Of a stretch of 64,000 bases of DNA, positions 1 through 11,417 are shown one piece after another (position 1 is the first letter of the stretch; each line of letters opens with the position of its first letter). The translations under genes were made by a program, and so were the position numbers. Origin of the DNA: Gemmatimonadales bacterium (GTDB taxonomy: Bacteria > Gemmatimonadota > Gemmatimonadetes > Gemmatimonadales > GWC2-71-9); assembly GCA_040901965.1 (NCBI GenBank), contig JBBDYB010000012.1, positions 50,087 to 114,086 on the forward strand, given 5' to 3'. The notes under the pieces were generated by a model. It saw nothing but the letters and a program-made list of their open reading frames with translations, made no database searches and was not told where the DNA came from.

Positions 1-1332
1 GTAGCGCTGCGTCGCGAGCTGCAGCTGCTCACTGGCCGCGGAGCGATTGGTATCCTGGAGGCCGATCGTGCGGAACGCCGTTTGCAGCGTCAGGAATGCC
101 TGGCTCACCTCGGTCTGCACCGCGAGCCCGCGCGCCCGCACGGCCTCTTCCAAGTCGCCGTGCTGCGCACGCGCTTCCGAGACGCGCAACGTGCGCGAGA
201 AATTCGTGAAAATCGGCAGCGACACCGTGAGGCGCGCCTGGAACGGCTGGCGCGTGAACGAGAACGGGAACACGGAATTCCGATCGCGCAGCGCCTGCTC
301 GTTGGATGCGCCCCAGATGAACACGTTGCAGTTGTTGGCCGGCAGCCCCGCAGCGGCGCGGATCGTGTTGTTGTCCTGGCATTCGCTGTACTGCTGACCG
401 AAGGCCAACTCTTGGGTGTCGATGATCGGCGCGACGTCGGTGAACTGTTGCGTGAAGCCGGACCAGCCGGCCGAGAGCGACACCGTCGGCCCGTAGGTGG
501 ACGTCGCCGCCCGCACGCCCCACGCCGCGGCGCCTTCGCGCGCCCGCAGCGCCTTGAGCGCGGGGTTCTGCTGCTCGGCCATCGTGAGGAGCTCCGGCAG
601 CTGCCACGCCGGCGTCTGCAGCGCGAAGGTATCCGTCAGCTGCACCGCGGCGATATCCACGGGCGGCGTCACGCCCATCAGCTCGAACAAGCGCAGCTTC
701 TCCACGCTGACGGCCGTCTGGGCGCGCAGCAGGGCGACTTCCGCTTGGCCCCGCGCGACCTGCGCCTGGCGCACGTCGATCAACGTCGCTTGGCCGACCG
801 TGAAGCGCGCCTGCGCGAGCTTCAGGAACTCGTCATTGCGGTCCACCGTCTTGCGCGCCAGCTCGGCCTGCTCGCCCGCCTGCAACACCGTGAGGTACTG
901 CTGCGTGATCCCGGTGGTGAGGGCGTTCGCCGCGCCGGCGATGTCGGCATCCGTCGCGTGCTGCTGTGCCTTCGCGAGCCCCGGCTGCGACAGCGTGGTG
1001 CCCGACAGCTGCCACGACAGTCCCAGATCGTAGAACGACGAGACGGTCGCCACGCTCTGCGAGAAGCTCGAGGACAGGAATGTTTGCGAGCCGGGCCCGG
1101 TGTAGCTCATCCCGCCCGACGCCGAGACGGTAGGAATGAGGAGGCTGGAGAATGCGTTGCGCACGCCCCAAGCGGCGGGGCCGCGGTTGTTCAACGTCTG
1201 GCGGTAGGCGGGATTCTTGTCCCGCGCCACGGCGATCGCATCGGCGAGCGACAGCGTGGCGGGAGCGGACTGTTGCGCGTCAGTGAGGGCCGGGCACAGC
1301 AGGAGCCCGGCGGTCATCAGCACGTGTCTCAT
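1..1332 (-). CDS. TolC-family outer-membrane efflux protein (C-terminus runs off the left edge)
   Basis: This ORF is not in the supplied track because it has no in-window stop. Hand translation of the reverse strand from ATG 1332-1330 is open all the way to position 1. It reads MRHVLMTAGLLLCPALTDAQQSAPATLSLADAIAVARDKNPAYRQ...TGITQQYLTVLQAGEQAELARKTVDRNDEFLKLAQARFTVGQATLIDVRQAQ... The signal peptide and coiled-coil/beta repeat pattern fit outer membrane factor proteins. Confidence 0.8.
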   Translation of the reverse strand, partial: MRHVLMTAGLLLCPALTDAQQSAPATLSLADAIAVARDKNPAYRQTLNNRGPAAWGVRNAFSSLLIPTVSASGGMSYTGPGSQTFLSSSFSQSVATVSSFYDLGLSWQLSGTTLSQPGLAKAQQHATDADIAGAANALTTGITQQYLTVLQAGEQAELARKTVDRNDEFLKLAQARFTVGQATLIDVRQAQVARGQAEVALLRAQTAVSVEKLRLFELMGVTPPVDIAAVQLTDTFALQTPAWQLPELLTMAEQQNPALKALRAREGAAAWGVRAATSTYGPTVSLSAGWSGFTQQFTDVAPIIDTQELAFGQQYSECQDNNTIRAAAGLPANNCNVFIWGASNEQALRDRNSVFPFSFTRQPFQARLTVSLPIFTNFSRTLRVSEARAQHGDLEEAVRARGLAVQTEVSQAFLTLQTAFRTIGLQDTNRSAASEQLQLATQRY

Positions 1333-1468
1333 GGTTGTCCTTGCCAAGATATGTCGTGAGGTCGAAGCCCCTACGCGCGGTTGCCGGACGGGGTTTCGAC
1401 CTGCGACACGTGCGGTGCGGCTGTTTTCGGAACTGACAAACCTAGTCCCGCGGGGAGCGGGGGCAAGG

Positions 1469-2146
1469 TCAGCGGCCGGGGAGGCGCTCCGCCGTGAGGC
1501 GCCGCGAGGGAATCTCGACCTTCATGAGGCGGCCGGCGGCGTCGAGCCAGAGATGCACGACCACGTTCACGCCGCCCGTGACGCTGACGTGGCGCAGGGT
1601 GGCCGGATCGCGGTTCAACGTCGTGGACGCGACGCCGTGGTCTTCGACCTGAACGGTCTCGCGGCGCAGGCCGCGAGGCACGATAGCCGTGAGCGGCGCG
1701 GGCTGCGCGGACGCCCGCCATGCGGCGAAGACATAGAGGGCGAAGACCGAATCATCCAACACCGCGACGCGCGGGCCCGTGGGGAATTCCCGGGCCCGTT
1801 CCGTCGCGCGGGCGACCAACCGCACCGTGAAGCGGCCGCGGCCCAGCTCGCCAAGAATGCGCGACGGCTGGCGCGGGTCGGCGATGTCGTACTGCAGGGT
1901 GGCCGGCATCGTGTCCGCCGTGACCTCGAGGATCGGCGCCAGCACGATCACCGGCCGGGCCCGGTCGTAACGGATCGTCGTGGCCAGGGTCCAACCGACG
2001 CCCCCCCCCCCCCGCGCCAGACGGCCCTGGCTCAGGCGAAACGACTCGCGCGCGACCTCCAACGTATCGTCGCGCACGACGAAGATCCCCTCATCGAGGG
2101 GGGCCCCCGCCTGCAAGAGCGCTAGAAGGAGGAGGACGGGCGTCAT
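1469..2146 (-). CDS. hypothetical exported protein
   Basis: 225-aa ORF with an N-terminal signal-like segment MTPVLLLLALLQAGAP. Its ATG overlaps the stop of the upstream creatininase gene (ATGA at 2143-2146). It contains the C13 tract at 2001-2013. I recognise no family. Confidence 0.6.
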   Translation of the reverse strand: MTPVLLLLALLQAGAPLDEGIFVVRDDTLEVARESFRLSQGRLARGGGGVGWTLATTIRYDRARPVIVLAPILEVTADTMPATLQYDIADPRQPSRILGELGRGRFTVRLVARATERAREFPTGPRVAVLDDSVFALYVFAAWRASAQPAPLTAIVPRGLRRETVQVEDHGVASTTLNRDPATLRHVSVTGGVNVVVHLWLDAAGRLMKVEIPSRRLTAERLPGR

Positions 2147-2861
2147 GCGGCTACCGCCCCCAAAACTCGCGTCGCGATGCGATCATGGATCATCTTATAC
2201 AGCCGCGCGCCCTTTTCGGCTGAGGCCAGCGTGGGACGACCCAGCGACCCTGGGGAAAGGGCGGGGACGGTGCCCCGTGCGGCGCGGCGGTAGCGGGCGG
2301 CCTGGCGCGCCGTGAGCACGAAATCCTGCGCGAGGTCCATACGGACGAGCTGCGGCGCCAGGTGGAGCATCAGGGACGTGTCGAGCTCACCGCCGTGGGT
2401 CGGCCCAGCGGGATCTTCGAGATAGCCGCTGAAGTCGAGGGCGAACACGTCCACGGTGAAAATACGGGCGCGGCGGGTGCGCAGGGTGGACAGCGCCTCC
2501 TGATGCGGATCGTGGCCGTGCGCGGTCAGAATAATGAAGGTATCCACGCCGCCCTGCTCCCAGGACCCGAGCAGATCGTTCATCCAGCGGTGCAGGGTCT
2601 TGCGGCGCACGCTGGCGTTCCCGGGGTACGGACGCTTGGTTGCGGTGTTGACACCGTATTCGATCGTCGGCGCCCGCAGGATGCCGAAGCCGGAGGAGAG
2701 GTCGTCGGCCAGCCGCTCGACTATGATGGTGTCGCAGCCGAGCGGCAAATGGGGCCCGTGCTGTTCGCAGGTGCCCACGGGCACGAGCAGTCGTGAGTCG
2801 CGTGCCAGGGCGGCGCGCACAGCCGCGGGAGTGAGGACCTTCAGGTGCAGCGGCAGGGTCA
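2143..2861 (-). CDS. creatininase-family amidohydrolase
   Basis: The C-terminal ~239 aa of ORF 2143..3333 carry creatininase-like motifs: LLVPVGTCEQHGPHLPLGCD, ILTAHGHDPH and HGGELDTS. The upstream 157 aa of that ORF are Arg/Pro-rich shadow of the kinase gene. I therefore use the GTG at 2861 (VTLPLHLKVL) as the start; the exact start is uncertain. Confidence 0.8.
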
Positions 2862-5800
2862 CGTCGTAATCGCCGGCGGCCTCGTGGCCGTCGCCGCCGC
2901 CGAGTGGCTGCGCGGCGACGCCGCGGCGTGGGCGCTGCTGACGGGCATTGCCGGGCTCGTCGCGTTCGGGCTCGCCGTCCGGCCGCCCGCGCCGCGGCCC
3001 AAGCTCGGCGTCGCCGCAGCGGCGGTCAGCTTGCTCCTCGGCGTCGTGATCGTTGGCGGCGCGCTGCGGGTCTGGCGCATCGAATGTTGCTGGCCCGCAT
3101 TGCGCGAGTCGCGCGTGCCGGCGACGTCGCGCGCGCTCCAGCACGCTCTCGGATCGGCGATCGCCGAAGCGCGCCGCTTGGCCGAACGCGCTGCGACGGC
3201 GGCAGCACTGCCGCGGCCTGAAGTGTTTGATCGGCTGCGCGACGCCCTGGGTGGCAGACAGGCGATCGAGCGGGGGGTCGCTATCATCCCGGCCGACTCC
3301 GTCGCGTATCCCATCGCCTGGTCGGGACGGCACCGGATGATTCCCCTACCCCCGCCGGACACGACCGAGCTGAAAGCGGTCATGACTCCATTCTACGCCG
3401 TGCTTGAGGCACGCCGCCAGACGCCGTCGGGCGTGGCCGTCGGCAATGTGCTCCTCTGGGCGGCGCCGGTGATCGCCGACGGCGATCGCTCCATCGCGGC
3501 CGCATTCGCGCGCGCACACGGTGTGTCGCTGCGGTTCTTTCCCGCGGGACTCGGACCGCGCGATTCGAGCGTGTTCGAGATTTGTCCGCCGCCGAGCGGC
3601 TGCGAGCAGGGTGACACGCTGTTTTCGGTACAGACCATTGCGCCCTCGCAGGGCGACGCGAAGCTGGCAGTGCTCGCGCGAACGGCATGGCTGGCGCGCA
3701 TCGTCCTGGGTGCGATGCTCGTGCTGCTGCTCGTTGCGGCGCCGCCCGGCGGGGGGACGCGCTGGGGTGTGGCACTCGTGGGGGCCTGGGCGCTGTTGCG
3801 GGCGCCCATAGGCCCCGCCGCCTGGTTTTCGCCCGCCACCTTTTATCGCCCCATCGCGGGAGTGATCGGCACGTCCGCCGGCTCGCTCTTCGTCTCCGGG
3901 GTGCTCCTCCTGCTCGCAGCCGGCTGGTTGTGGCGGCGCGGTGTGCCGCGCCGCTGGTGGGGAATCGCGGCGGCGACACTCCTCATCCTGTTCGCGCCGT
4001 ATGTGGTGCGCTATTGCGGCCGGGGCATCGCGCCCCCGGCGACTGGCGTGAGTCTGGGTCTCTGGTTGTCTTGGCAAACCGCGCTCGCGGTGACGGCGAT
4101 GGCCATCATCCTATTGGCGGCGGCGTTGGTTCGCGGCTCGACTGAGCCCACACGCGTCAGCTGGGCCCTCCCGGCGGCGTGTGCGTGGGGCGCATTGGCG
4201 GCCATCGGCGGGCTCTGGTTGTGGGACCCCCATGGCGCCTGGCCGGAGTGGTATACGTTGTTGTGGTTGCCCGCGCTTGCCGGCGTCATTCTTCCGGCAC
4301 CGCGTCGTTGGGCCCTGGTCGGCATGGCGGTCGTGGCCGGGACGGCCGGCGCCCTGCTGGCATGGGGCGCTGCAGTCGAAGGCCGGCTCGCGCTCGCAAA
4401 CCGCGACGCGCAGCGATTGGGGCGGGAGGGCGATGCCGTCGCCGTCGCGTTGCTCGAACGGCTGAGTCAGCAGGTCACCGCGCCCTCGCAGCCACCGCCG
4501 AGCAGCGCGGCCGATCTGTATGCGCTGTGGGCGACATCGTGGCTCGTCGCGGAGGACTATCCCGCGATGCTGGCGTTGTGGAGTCGTGACGGGGTGCTCC
4601 TGGCCGAGCTGCGGCTGGCATCGCTCGATCTTCCCCCCGCGCTGTTATCGACGCTGGTGCGAACGGCCGAGGGACCGTGCGTCGAGCGTCTGGAGCGGAG
4701 TCCCGGCACTCACCATGTCCTGCTGGCGCCCCTGGCGAATGGCACCGTCATGACCGTCGGTGTCGGTCCGCGAACGCGCTACTTGCCGCCTGACCGGGTG
4801 GCGAGGTTTCTGCGCGGAGCACCGAGTGTCGAGCCGCCCTATACCATCACGCTTTCGCTCCCCACCCAGACGGACGCACGCCACCTCGGCGACGCACTGC
4901 AGTGGCGCAGGAATGGGTGGTCCGCGCGCGGTGAGCGGCTGATCGAACTACCCGCGGGCGGCAGCCACGTGCACCTGCGCGTGGACCTCCGCGGACCGTG
5001 GGCGTTGCTGGTCCGGGGCATCCTGGTGGTGTGGCTCGATGTCGCGGTTCTGGCCGCCATCTGGTTATTCGGCCTTGTCATTGCCGAGGGGTGGCGTCCC
5101 CGCATTCCGGCCCTCATCGCCACGGTGCGCACCAGCTATCGAGCACAGCTCACCGCGGTGCTCAGCGTGTTCCTCGTTCTCCCACTGCTCGGCTTTGCCG
5201 CATGGAGCTTCGCGCGTCTTGCCGACGAGTCGCGCCGCGCCGGCGACCTCCTGATTCGGCAGACCCTGCGGGATGCCTTTGGCGGTGCGGCAAGTGTCGC
5301 CCAAGACCACCCCGAAGCTGTGCGGCAATCACTTGCGGAGCTGGGCCGCCGGCTTGACGCAGAGCTGTGGCTGTACCGGGGCGGGGTCCTCGTCGGGACT
5401 TCCTCACCGGTATTGGCGGAGCTGAGACTGGTCAACCCATTCCTCGCGACCGCGGCGTTCCGCGCGATCCTGGCGGACGAGCTCGAGCTGACCACGGACG
5501 CCCGGGCCGCGGGTCGCCGGACCAGGATTGGGTACCGGGTCGTCGCTCCGGGCCAACCAGGCGAGCAAGCGGTCCTGGCCGTTCCGCGGCTGCTCGACGA
5601 CGAGCGGGTGCAACGGCAGCAGGAAGATCTCGCGCTCGCGCTCGTGCTCGGGACCGTCGTGGGTCTGCTCGCCGCGATGTACCTCGCGGGCTTCGCCGCG
5701 CGCCGGCTCGCCAAGCCGGTGGCCGCGCTGCGGGCCGCAGCGCTGGCCGTGGGGCGGGGCAGCGAGCCGCCGGCGTTCCCGCCGGGCACGCCCCGCGAGT

Positions 5801-6903
5801 TCGAGCCGGTGCTGACCGCGTTCGACCGCATGGTCACCGACGTGCGGCGCAGCCAGGCGGCCCTCGTGGAGGCCCGCCAGCGCACCGCGCGCGTCCTCGC
5901 GAACGTCGCGACCGGCGTGATCGCCGTGGACGACGCGTTGCGCGTCACGATGGCCAACCCGCGTGCCGCCGAGCTGGTCGGAGAACAATTGGCGCCGGGG
6001 GACGTGTTGCCGCAGGCGACGCAGGCCGCCTGGGCGCCGGTGTGGGAGGCGGTGCGCGTCTTCATTGCGGCCAACCGCGACGTCATTGAGGAGCGGGAGT
6101 TCGAGGTGAGCGGGCGCCAGATCCGCGTCCAGCTCGCCCCGCTCGGCACGGCGCCCGATGGCTGCGTCATTGCGCTCGACGATGCCACGGCGCTCACGCG
6201 CGCCGCGCGCGTGCTCGCCTGGGGCGAGATGGCGCGCCAGGTCGCCCACGAGATCAAGAATCCGCTCACGCCGATTCGCCTGGGCATTCAGCATCTGCAG
6301 CGGGTGCGGGGGAAGCCAAAGAAAGGAGCCGAGCCGGACGCCGCGTTCGAGGCGACGCTCCAGGAGACCGCCGCGCGGATTCTAGCGGAGATCGACCGCC
6401 TCGACGGGATCGCGCGCGCCTTCTCGCGCTTTGGCGCGCCCCTCGCCGGTGCGGAACAGGTGCCGCTCGAGCCGGTGGACCTCGCGGCGACCGCGCGCGA
6501 CGTCGTGCAGCTCTACGGCCTCGGTTCGACCACCCAGTTCGAGGTGCGCGCGGGACCGGACGGTGGTCCGGCGCTGGCGCGCAAGGACGAAGTGAAAGAA
6601 GTCCTGGTGAACCTGCTCGAGAACGCCCGCAACGCGGACGCGAAGCGGGTGACGGTGCGCGTGGCAGCGGACGGCCGCCAGCTCATCATCACCGACGACG
6701 GCCGCGGGATCGCGCCGGAAGCGCTGCCGCGCGTGTTCGAGCCGACATTCTCGACGACCTCCAGCGGCTCCGGCCTCGGGCTGGCGATCGCACGCCGGCT
6801 GGTCGAGAGCTGGGGCGGGGTCATCAAGCTGGAGAGCGCTCCCGGGCAGGGCACTACGGTCACTTTGACCCTCCAGGCGGCCTCCCCAGACGCGGATCGG
6901 TGA
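2845..6903 (+). CDS. large multi-pass membrane sensor histidine kinase (NtrY-like: HAMP-PAS-HisKA-HATPase)
   Basis: 1352-aa ORF. Many hydrophobic helices fill the first ~750 aa. A HAMP-like segment follows (RRLAKPVAALRAAALAVGRG...FDRMVTDVRRSQAAL), then a PAS-like segment (VLANVATGVIAVDDALRVTMANPRAAELVG). The H-box is EMARQVAHEIKNPLTPIRLGIQHLQ. The ATPase motifs are NLLENARNA, DDGRGI and GSGLGLAIARR. The true start may lie downstream of 2845, because 2845 overlaps the divergent creatininase start. Confidence 0.9.
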   Translation: MQRQGHVVIAGGLVAVAAAEWLRGDAAAWALLTGIAGLVAFGLAVRPPAPRPKLGVAAAAVSLLLGVVIVGGALRVWRIECCWPALRESRVPATSRALQHALGSAIAEARRLAERAATAAALPRPEVFDRLRDALGGRQAIERGVAIIPADSVAYPIAWSGRHRMIPLPPPDTTELKAVMTPFYAVLEARRQTPSGVAVGNVLLWAAPVIADGDRSIAAAFARAHGVSLRFFPAGLGPRDSSVFEICPPPSGCEQGDTLFSVQTIAPSQGDAKLAVLARTAWLARIVLGAMLVLLLVAAPPGGGTRWGVALVGAWALLRAPIGPAAWFSPATFYRPIAGVIGTSAGSLFVSGVLLLLAAGWLWRRGVPRRWWGIAAATLLILFAPYVVRYCGRGIAPPATGVSLGLWLSWQTALAVTAMAIILLAAALVRGSTEPTRVSWALPAACAWGALAAIGGLWLWDPHGAWPEWYTLLWLPALAGVILPAPRRWALVGMAVVAGTAGALLAWGAAVEGRLALANRDAQRLGREGDAVAVALLERLSQQVTAPSQPPPSSAADLYALWATSWLVAEDYPAMLALWSRDGVLLAELRLASLDLPPALLSTLVRTAEGPCVERLERSPGTHHVLLAPLANGTVMTVGVGPRTRYLPPDRVARFLRGAPSVEPPYTITLSLPTQTDARHLGDALQWRRNGWSARGERLIELPAGGSHVHLRVDLRGPWALLVRGILVVWLDVAVLAAIWLFGLVIAEGWRPRIPALIATVRTSYRAQLTAVLSVFLVLPLLGFAAWSFARLADESRRAGDLLIRQTLRDAFGGAASVAQDHPEAVRQSLAELGRRLDAELWLYRGGVLVGTSSPVLAELRLVNPFLATAAFRAILADELELTTDARAAGRRTRIGYRVVAPGQPGEQAVLAVPRLLDDERVQRQQEDLALALVLGTVVGLLAAMYLAGFAARRLAKPVAALRAAALAVGRGSEPPAFPPGTPREFEPVLTAFDRMVTDVRRSQAALVEARQRTARVLANVATGVIAVDDALRVTMANPRAAELVGEQLAPGDVLPQATQAAWAPVWEAVRVFIAANRDVIEEREFEVSGRQIRVQLAPLGTAPDGCVIALDDATALTRAARVLAWGEMARQVAHEIKNPLTPIRLGIQHLQRVRGKPKKGAEPDAAFEATLQETAARILAEIDRLDGIARAFSRFGAPLAGAEQVPLEPVDLAATARDVVQLYGLGSTTQFEVRAGPDGGPALARKDEVKEVLVNLLENARNADAKRVTVRVAADGRQLIITDDGRGIAPEALPRVFEPTFSTTSSGSGLGLAIARRLVESWGGVIKLESAPGQGTTVTLTLQAASPDADR

Positions 6904-6949
6904 CCTCGCTCACACCTGTGGATGGTAAAAACGGACAAGATGTGCAAAG

Positions 6950-8341
6950 TTGTGGCGGCCTTCACCTTGTCCGAGGTGCCCTTTGCGAACCGGAGTCGTC
7001 GCCCTCACGCTCGCCGTACTCGTCCTCGCCCCCCCGCGGCCGGCCCGCGCGCAATTCTCGTTCGACGCGCGCCGCATCGGCATGGGCGGCGTCTCGCTGA
7101 CGCGCGGCGGCAGCCTGCGGCGCTTCAACCCGGCGTACCGCGCCGTGAAGGACCGCGCGGACGGAGGCGGGGCCCCGAAGTTCACCATTCCGGTGCCGCT
7201 GGGATTGATCACGTTCCTCAAGGATCACCCGATCGGTCAGTGGGACACCGATCCGCTCTTCAATCCCGACTCAGCCGCGTTCAATCCGGTCGAATTGATG
7301 AACCTGGTCTTGAACCCGCCCATCTTCTATGAAGTACGGAAAGCGCCGGCGCCCACCAACGACGTCGAGTTCACCATCGGCAAGAATGCGTTCGTCGTCG
7401 ATCTCGGCGCCGCGCAGGTGCTGATCCCCGAGCAGGAATTCGGGCTGGGAAGCACGAGCCGCCTGCTGGACCTCGGCTTCGGCTTCGCCGGCTTCAGCGT
7501 GGGCGTGATGGGCTTCTTCCAGTACGAGGTCGGTTTCACGCTCGACGATTCGTTGCGTCGCGTCCTGAAGGACGCGGACTCCGTACGGGCGAACACGACG
7601 TACCGGATCCTCGGTGACGCTGTCGCGCAGGCGGGATTCGCGCCCACGGTCAGCTACGCGGGGCGGGTGCTCCGGGGCGCCGGCGGTGACGAGTCGGACG
7701 ACGGCGTGTACCTTGGCGCGGCGCTCCATTATTACACCGGCGTCACGTATGCGAGAGGCACCGGACCCGCGGGCTTCACGACGGGTAACCCGGTGTTCGG
7801 GACGACCCCCGCGGCGCTGCTCGACGACACACTGTACACGTCGAACAAGCCGTTCGGGAAAGGCGTCGGGGGCGATGTGGGCATCGCCTTTATCTCCGGC
7901 CCATTCGAGGTCGGCGTGGGCGTCAACGACATCGGCGCGGAGCTCACGTGGTCCGATACGAAGGTGCAGCGCATCCGCTACGATGCGGCGGGCGACTCGG
8001 TCAGTACGACGCTGCTCGCGAACCACGTCGAGACCAAGACGAAGCTCCCCATCACCTACATCGCCAACGCGGCGCTGCGCATGGGCACGGGCACGACCGT
8101 CGGGGGCGATATCGTCAACTCGGGCCGCGGCTCCGTGATCCACGTGGGGGTCGAGCAGCGGACGGGCCCGTTCGCGGTGCGCGGCGGCATATCGCGCGAC
8201 CAGCGCAAGAAGATGCAGTTCGGCTGGGGCGGGGGTGTGCGGCTGGGACCCGTTGGCCTCGACGTGGGATTCTGGACGCACAGCAATTCGTTCGCGGATA
8301 AGCGGGGCATCACGATGGCGACGTCGATCTCGGTCTATTAG
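6950..8341 (+). CDS. putative outer-membrane beta-barrel protein
   Basis: 463-aa ORF with a signal peptide (VVALTLAVLVLAPPRPARA/QF). It has alternating amphipathic beta-strand-like segments and ends in an aromatic residue (...TMATSISVY), as is typical of OMPs. Confidence 0.65.
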   Translation: MWRPSPCPRCPLRTGVVALTLAVLVLAPPRPARAQFSFDARRIGMGGVSLTRGGSLRRFNPAYRAVKDRADGGGAPKFTIPVPLGLITFLKDHPIGQWDTDPLFNPDSAAFNPVELMNLVLNPPIFYEVRKAPAPTNDVEFTIGKNAFVVDLGAAQVLIPEQEFGLGSTSRLLDLGFGFAGFSVGVMGFFQYEVGFTLDDSLRRVLKDADSVRANTTYRILGDAVAQAGFAPTVSYAGRVLRGAGGDESDDGVYLGAALHYYTGVTYARGTGPAGFTTGNPVFGTTPAALLDDTLYTSNKPFGKGVGGDVGIAFISGPFEVGVGVNDIGAELTWSDTKVQRIRYDAAGDSVSTTLLANHVETKTKLPITYIANAALRMGTGTTVGGDIVNSGRGSVIHVGVEQRTGPFAVRGGISRDQRKKMQFGWGGGVRLGPVGLDVGFWTHSNSFADKRGITMATSISVY

Positions 8342-8351
8342 GGGGCAACCC

Positions 8352-8894
8352 ATGAAGGCTCTTTTTGTCGGTTTGCTCGCGGTTGTGGCGGCCTGCGGTG
8401 AGGGACGCGCCATCTTCAATGTGGACGTCTACAGTTTCATCCAGGGAACGGGAAACGACACTGTCCCGTATCTGGTTCCTCCTGGATTCTCTGACACGGC
8501 CTCCAACGCACCCCAGGAGATCAATTTGCCGCCGGGGTTCGGGAGCTCCGTGGTCGATAGCGTGAGATTTGTCGGGAACGTGAACCTGGTGAACGCCACT
8601 GGGGCCGGAACCGTCGGGTTCCGCCTTTACATCGATACGACGTCAGCCGGAACGTCGAACCCGTCTGCGCTGGCAATCAATATCCCCGCGACCGGGGTGG
8701 GACCGGGAGCCACTACGGTAGCGGTACCGATTTCCCAGGATCTGACCACGACGTTGAAGGATGTGTTTAGCTCTCCGTCAATCTGGATTCGGATCGAGGC
8801 AATCAGCAGCAACCCCGGTGCCACCGTGTTGAGCGGAAACATGGTGCTCACGGCGCTACAGGTGCGCATCGTCCTGCAGGACAAGATTTTCTAG
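8352..8894 (+). CDS. hypothetical lipoprotein
   Basis: Internal ATG at 8352 of ORF 8235..8894 gives MKALFVGLLAVVAACGEG, which contains a lipobox (VAAC). It begins 10 nt after the preceding OMP stop. Confidence 0.6.
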   Translation: MKALFVGLLAVVAACGEGRAIFNVDVYSFIQGTGNDTVPYLVPPGFSDTASNAPQEINLPPGFGSSVVDSVRFVGNVNLVNATGAGTVGFRLYIDTTSAGTSNPSALAINIPATGVGPGATTVAVPISQDLTTTLKDVFSSPSIWIRIEAISSNPGATVLSGNMVLTALQVRIVLQDKIF

Positions 8895-8939
8895 CCTCTG
8901 CGGGTTCGCCGCATCGGCCCGCGTCCGTCCACGGCGCGG

Positions 8940-10232
<1,293 letters not shown>

Positions 10233-10614
10233 GGTCAGCACCTCCGAGAAGAACGTGGCGATTTGGCGCGGCGGGAAGTTGACGACCGCCAGCACCAGGC
10301 GCCCCACGAGGTCCCGCGGGTTGTAGTACTTCGTGATCTGGGCGCTGGAATTCTTCACGCCGATTGCCGGTCCGAAATCGATGCGCAGCTTGTAGGCGGG
10401 CTTCTTGGCGTGAGGAAAGTCCTCCGCCGCCACGATCCGCCCCACCCGGATGTCGATCTTCGCGAAATCGTCGTAGCTGATCGCGGACGGGGCCATACGG
10501 GCTCCACATGTCCCTTTTTGAGGTCAGACGCCGCGGCCGACTGTGCTCGGGAAGCTTGGCACGTGCATTGCCTTTCCGCCACGGTGAAGGCTCACCTTTT
10601 TCCGGGACGGCAAT

Positions 10615-11262
10615 ATGCGGCGTATCGTCGCACTGGCGCTCATGGTAATCCCCTCGTCGCTTCTCGGGCAGCGCGCCGCACTGCGTGAAGTGCGCAATCG
10701 CGGCGATGCCGGCTTGACGCTGGTCGTCGCCCAGCCGTGGGGCGACTTCAAGCGCCACGGCAACGTCGGGGCCGGCCTGAATGCGTTCGGCGTGACGGGC
10801 AGCAAACCCCTCGGCGTGCGGATCGAGGGCGCGTACCTCGCCTACGATTCCGACTATCAGGGCTATGGCGTATCGACCACGTCGTCCATCGGCTCGCTCG
10901 CCGTCGGCCCCCAACTGACGCTGGGCGCGGGGCCGCTGCGGGTGTACGGCTTCGCGACGCTGGGCGGATCGGTGTTTTGGAGCTCGGTGAGCGAGGCGGG
11001 GTGCGGCTGTTACGACTCCGACGTCTTCTTTCTCAGTGGCGACTTCACGACCAATCGATCGACGGGCGCCGGCATCCTGCTCAACCTCTCGCGGCGCCTG
11101 GCGTTGGACGTGGGCGTGCGCGAGGTGCGGCACGATCGCGTGAAGTACGTGCCGGCGGGCGGCCTGAGCGAGAACCCCGACGGGACGTACACCGTGGAGC
11201 GCGTGGAGACGCCGGTCGGCATGCGGGTGTGGCACGCGGGAGTCACGATCGGAATTCGGTAG
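10615..11262 (+). CDS. small outer-membrane beta-barrel protein
   Basis: 215 aa with signal peptide MRRIVALALMVIPSSLLGQ and an alternating beta-strand pattern (GVRIEGAYLAY, LRVYGFATLGGSV, GMRVWHAGVTIGIR). Confidence 0.65.
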   Translation: MRRIVALALMVIPSSLLGQRAALREVRNRGDAGLTLVVAQPWGDFKRHGNVGAGLNAFGVTGSKPLGVRIEGAYLAYDSDYQGYGVSTTSSIGSLAVGPQLTLGAGPLRVYGFATLGGSVFWSSVSEAGCGCYDSDVFFLSGDFTTNRSTGAGILLNLSRRLALDVGVREVRHDRVKYVPAGGLSENPDGTYTVERVETPVGMRVWHAGVTIGIR

Positions 11263-11276
11263 TCCTCACCCCCTGA

Positions 11277-11303
11277 CCCCCTCTCCCCGTTGGGGAGAGG
11301 GGG
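11277..11303 (+). terminator. GC-rich hairpin after the OMP gene
   Basis: Perfect 12-bp stem CCCCCTCTCCCC / GGGGAGAGGGGG with a 3-nt loop, 15 nt after the stop at 11262. No clear U-tract follows, so terminator function is inferred. Confidence 0.45.
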
Positions 11304-11417
11304 AACGATCATCGCAAGATTCGTTTCAGTTACTGGTGGGCGAATTCATGCGTCGAAGTTATCCTGGGTGCGCGTTTTTGCTTACCGGTCCCCCGGTGTT
11401 CCGCGCTACCATCCAGG

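Noticed and set aside
82-1359. 425-aa plus-strand ORF, and the other listed ORFs across 29-1359.
   Set aside because: The reverse strand encodes a clean TolC-family protein in a frame that stays open to the window edge. The listed ORFs are low-complexity Arg-rich shadows.
1360-1401. Hairpin GGTCGAAGCCCC-N18-GGGGTTTCGACC between the exported-protein gene and tolC.
   Set aside because: It has one mismatch, a large loop and no U-tract, and it lies inside an apparently co-transcribed gene pair. I cannot distinguish a regulatory element from a chance GC-rich complement.
2862-3333. N-terminal 157-aa extension of the creatininase ORF (2143..3333). A similar extension occurs on the Kef ORF at 19461-19628.
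   Set aside because: The extensions are Arg/Pro-rich. They overlap the divergent kinase gene or the upstream decarboxylase gene. They precede sensible internal GTG starts where family homology begins.
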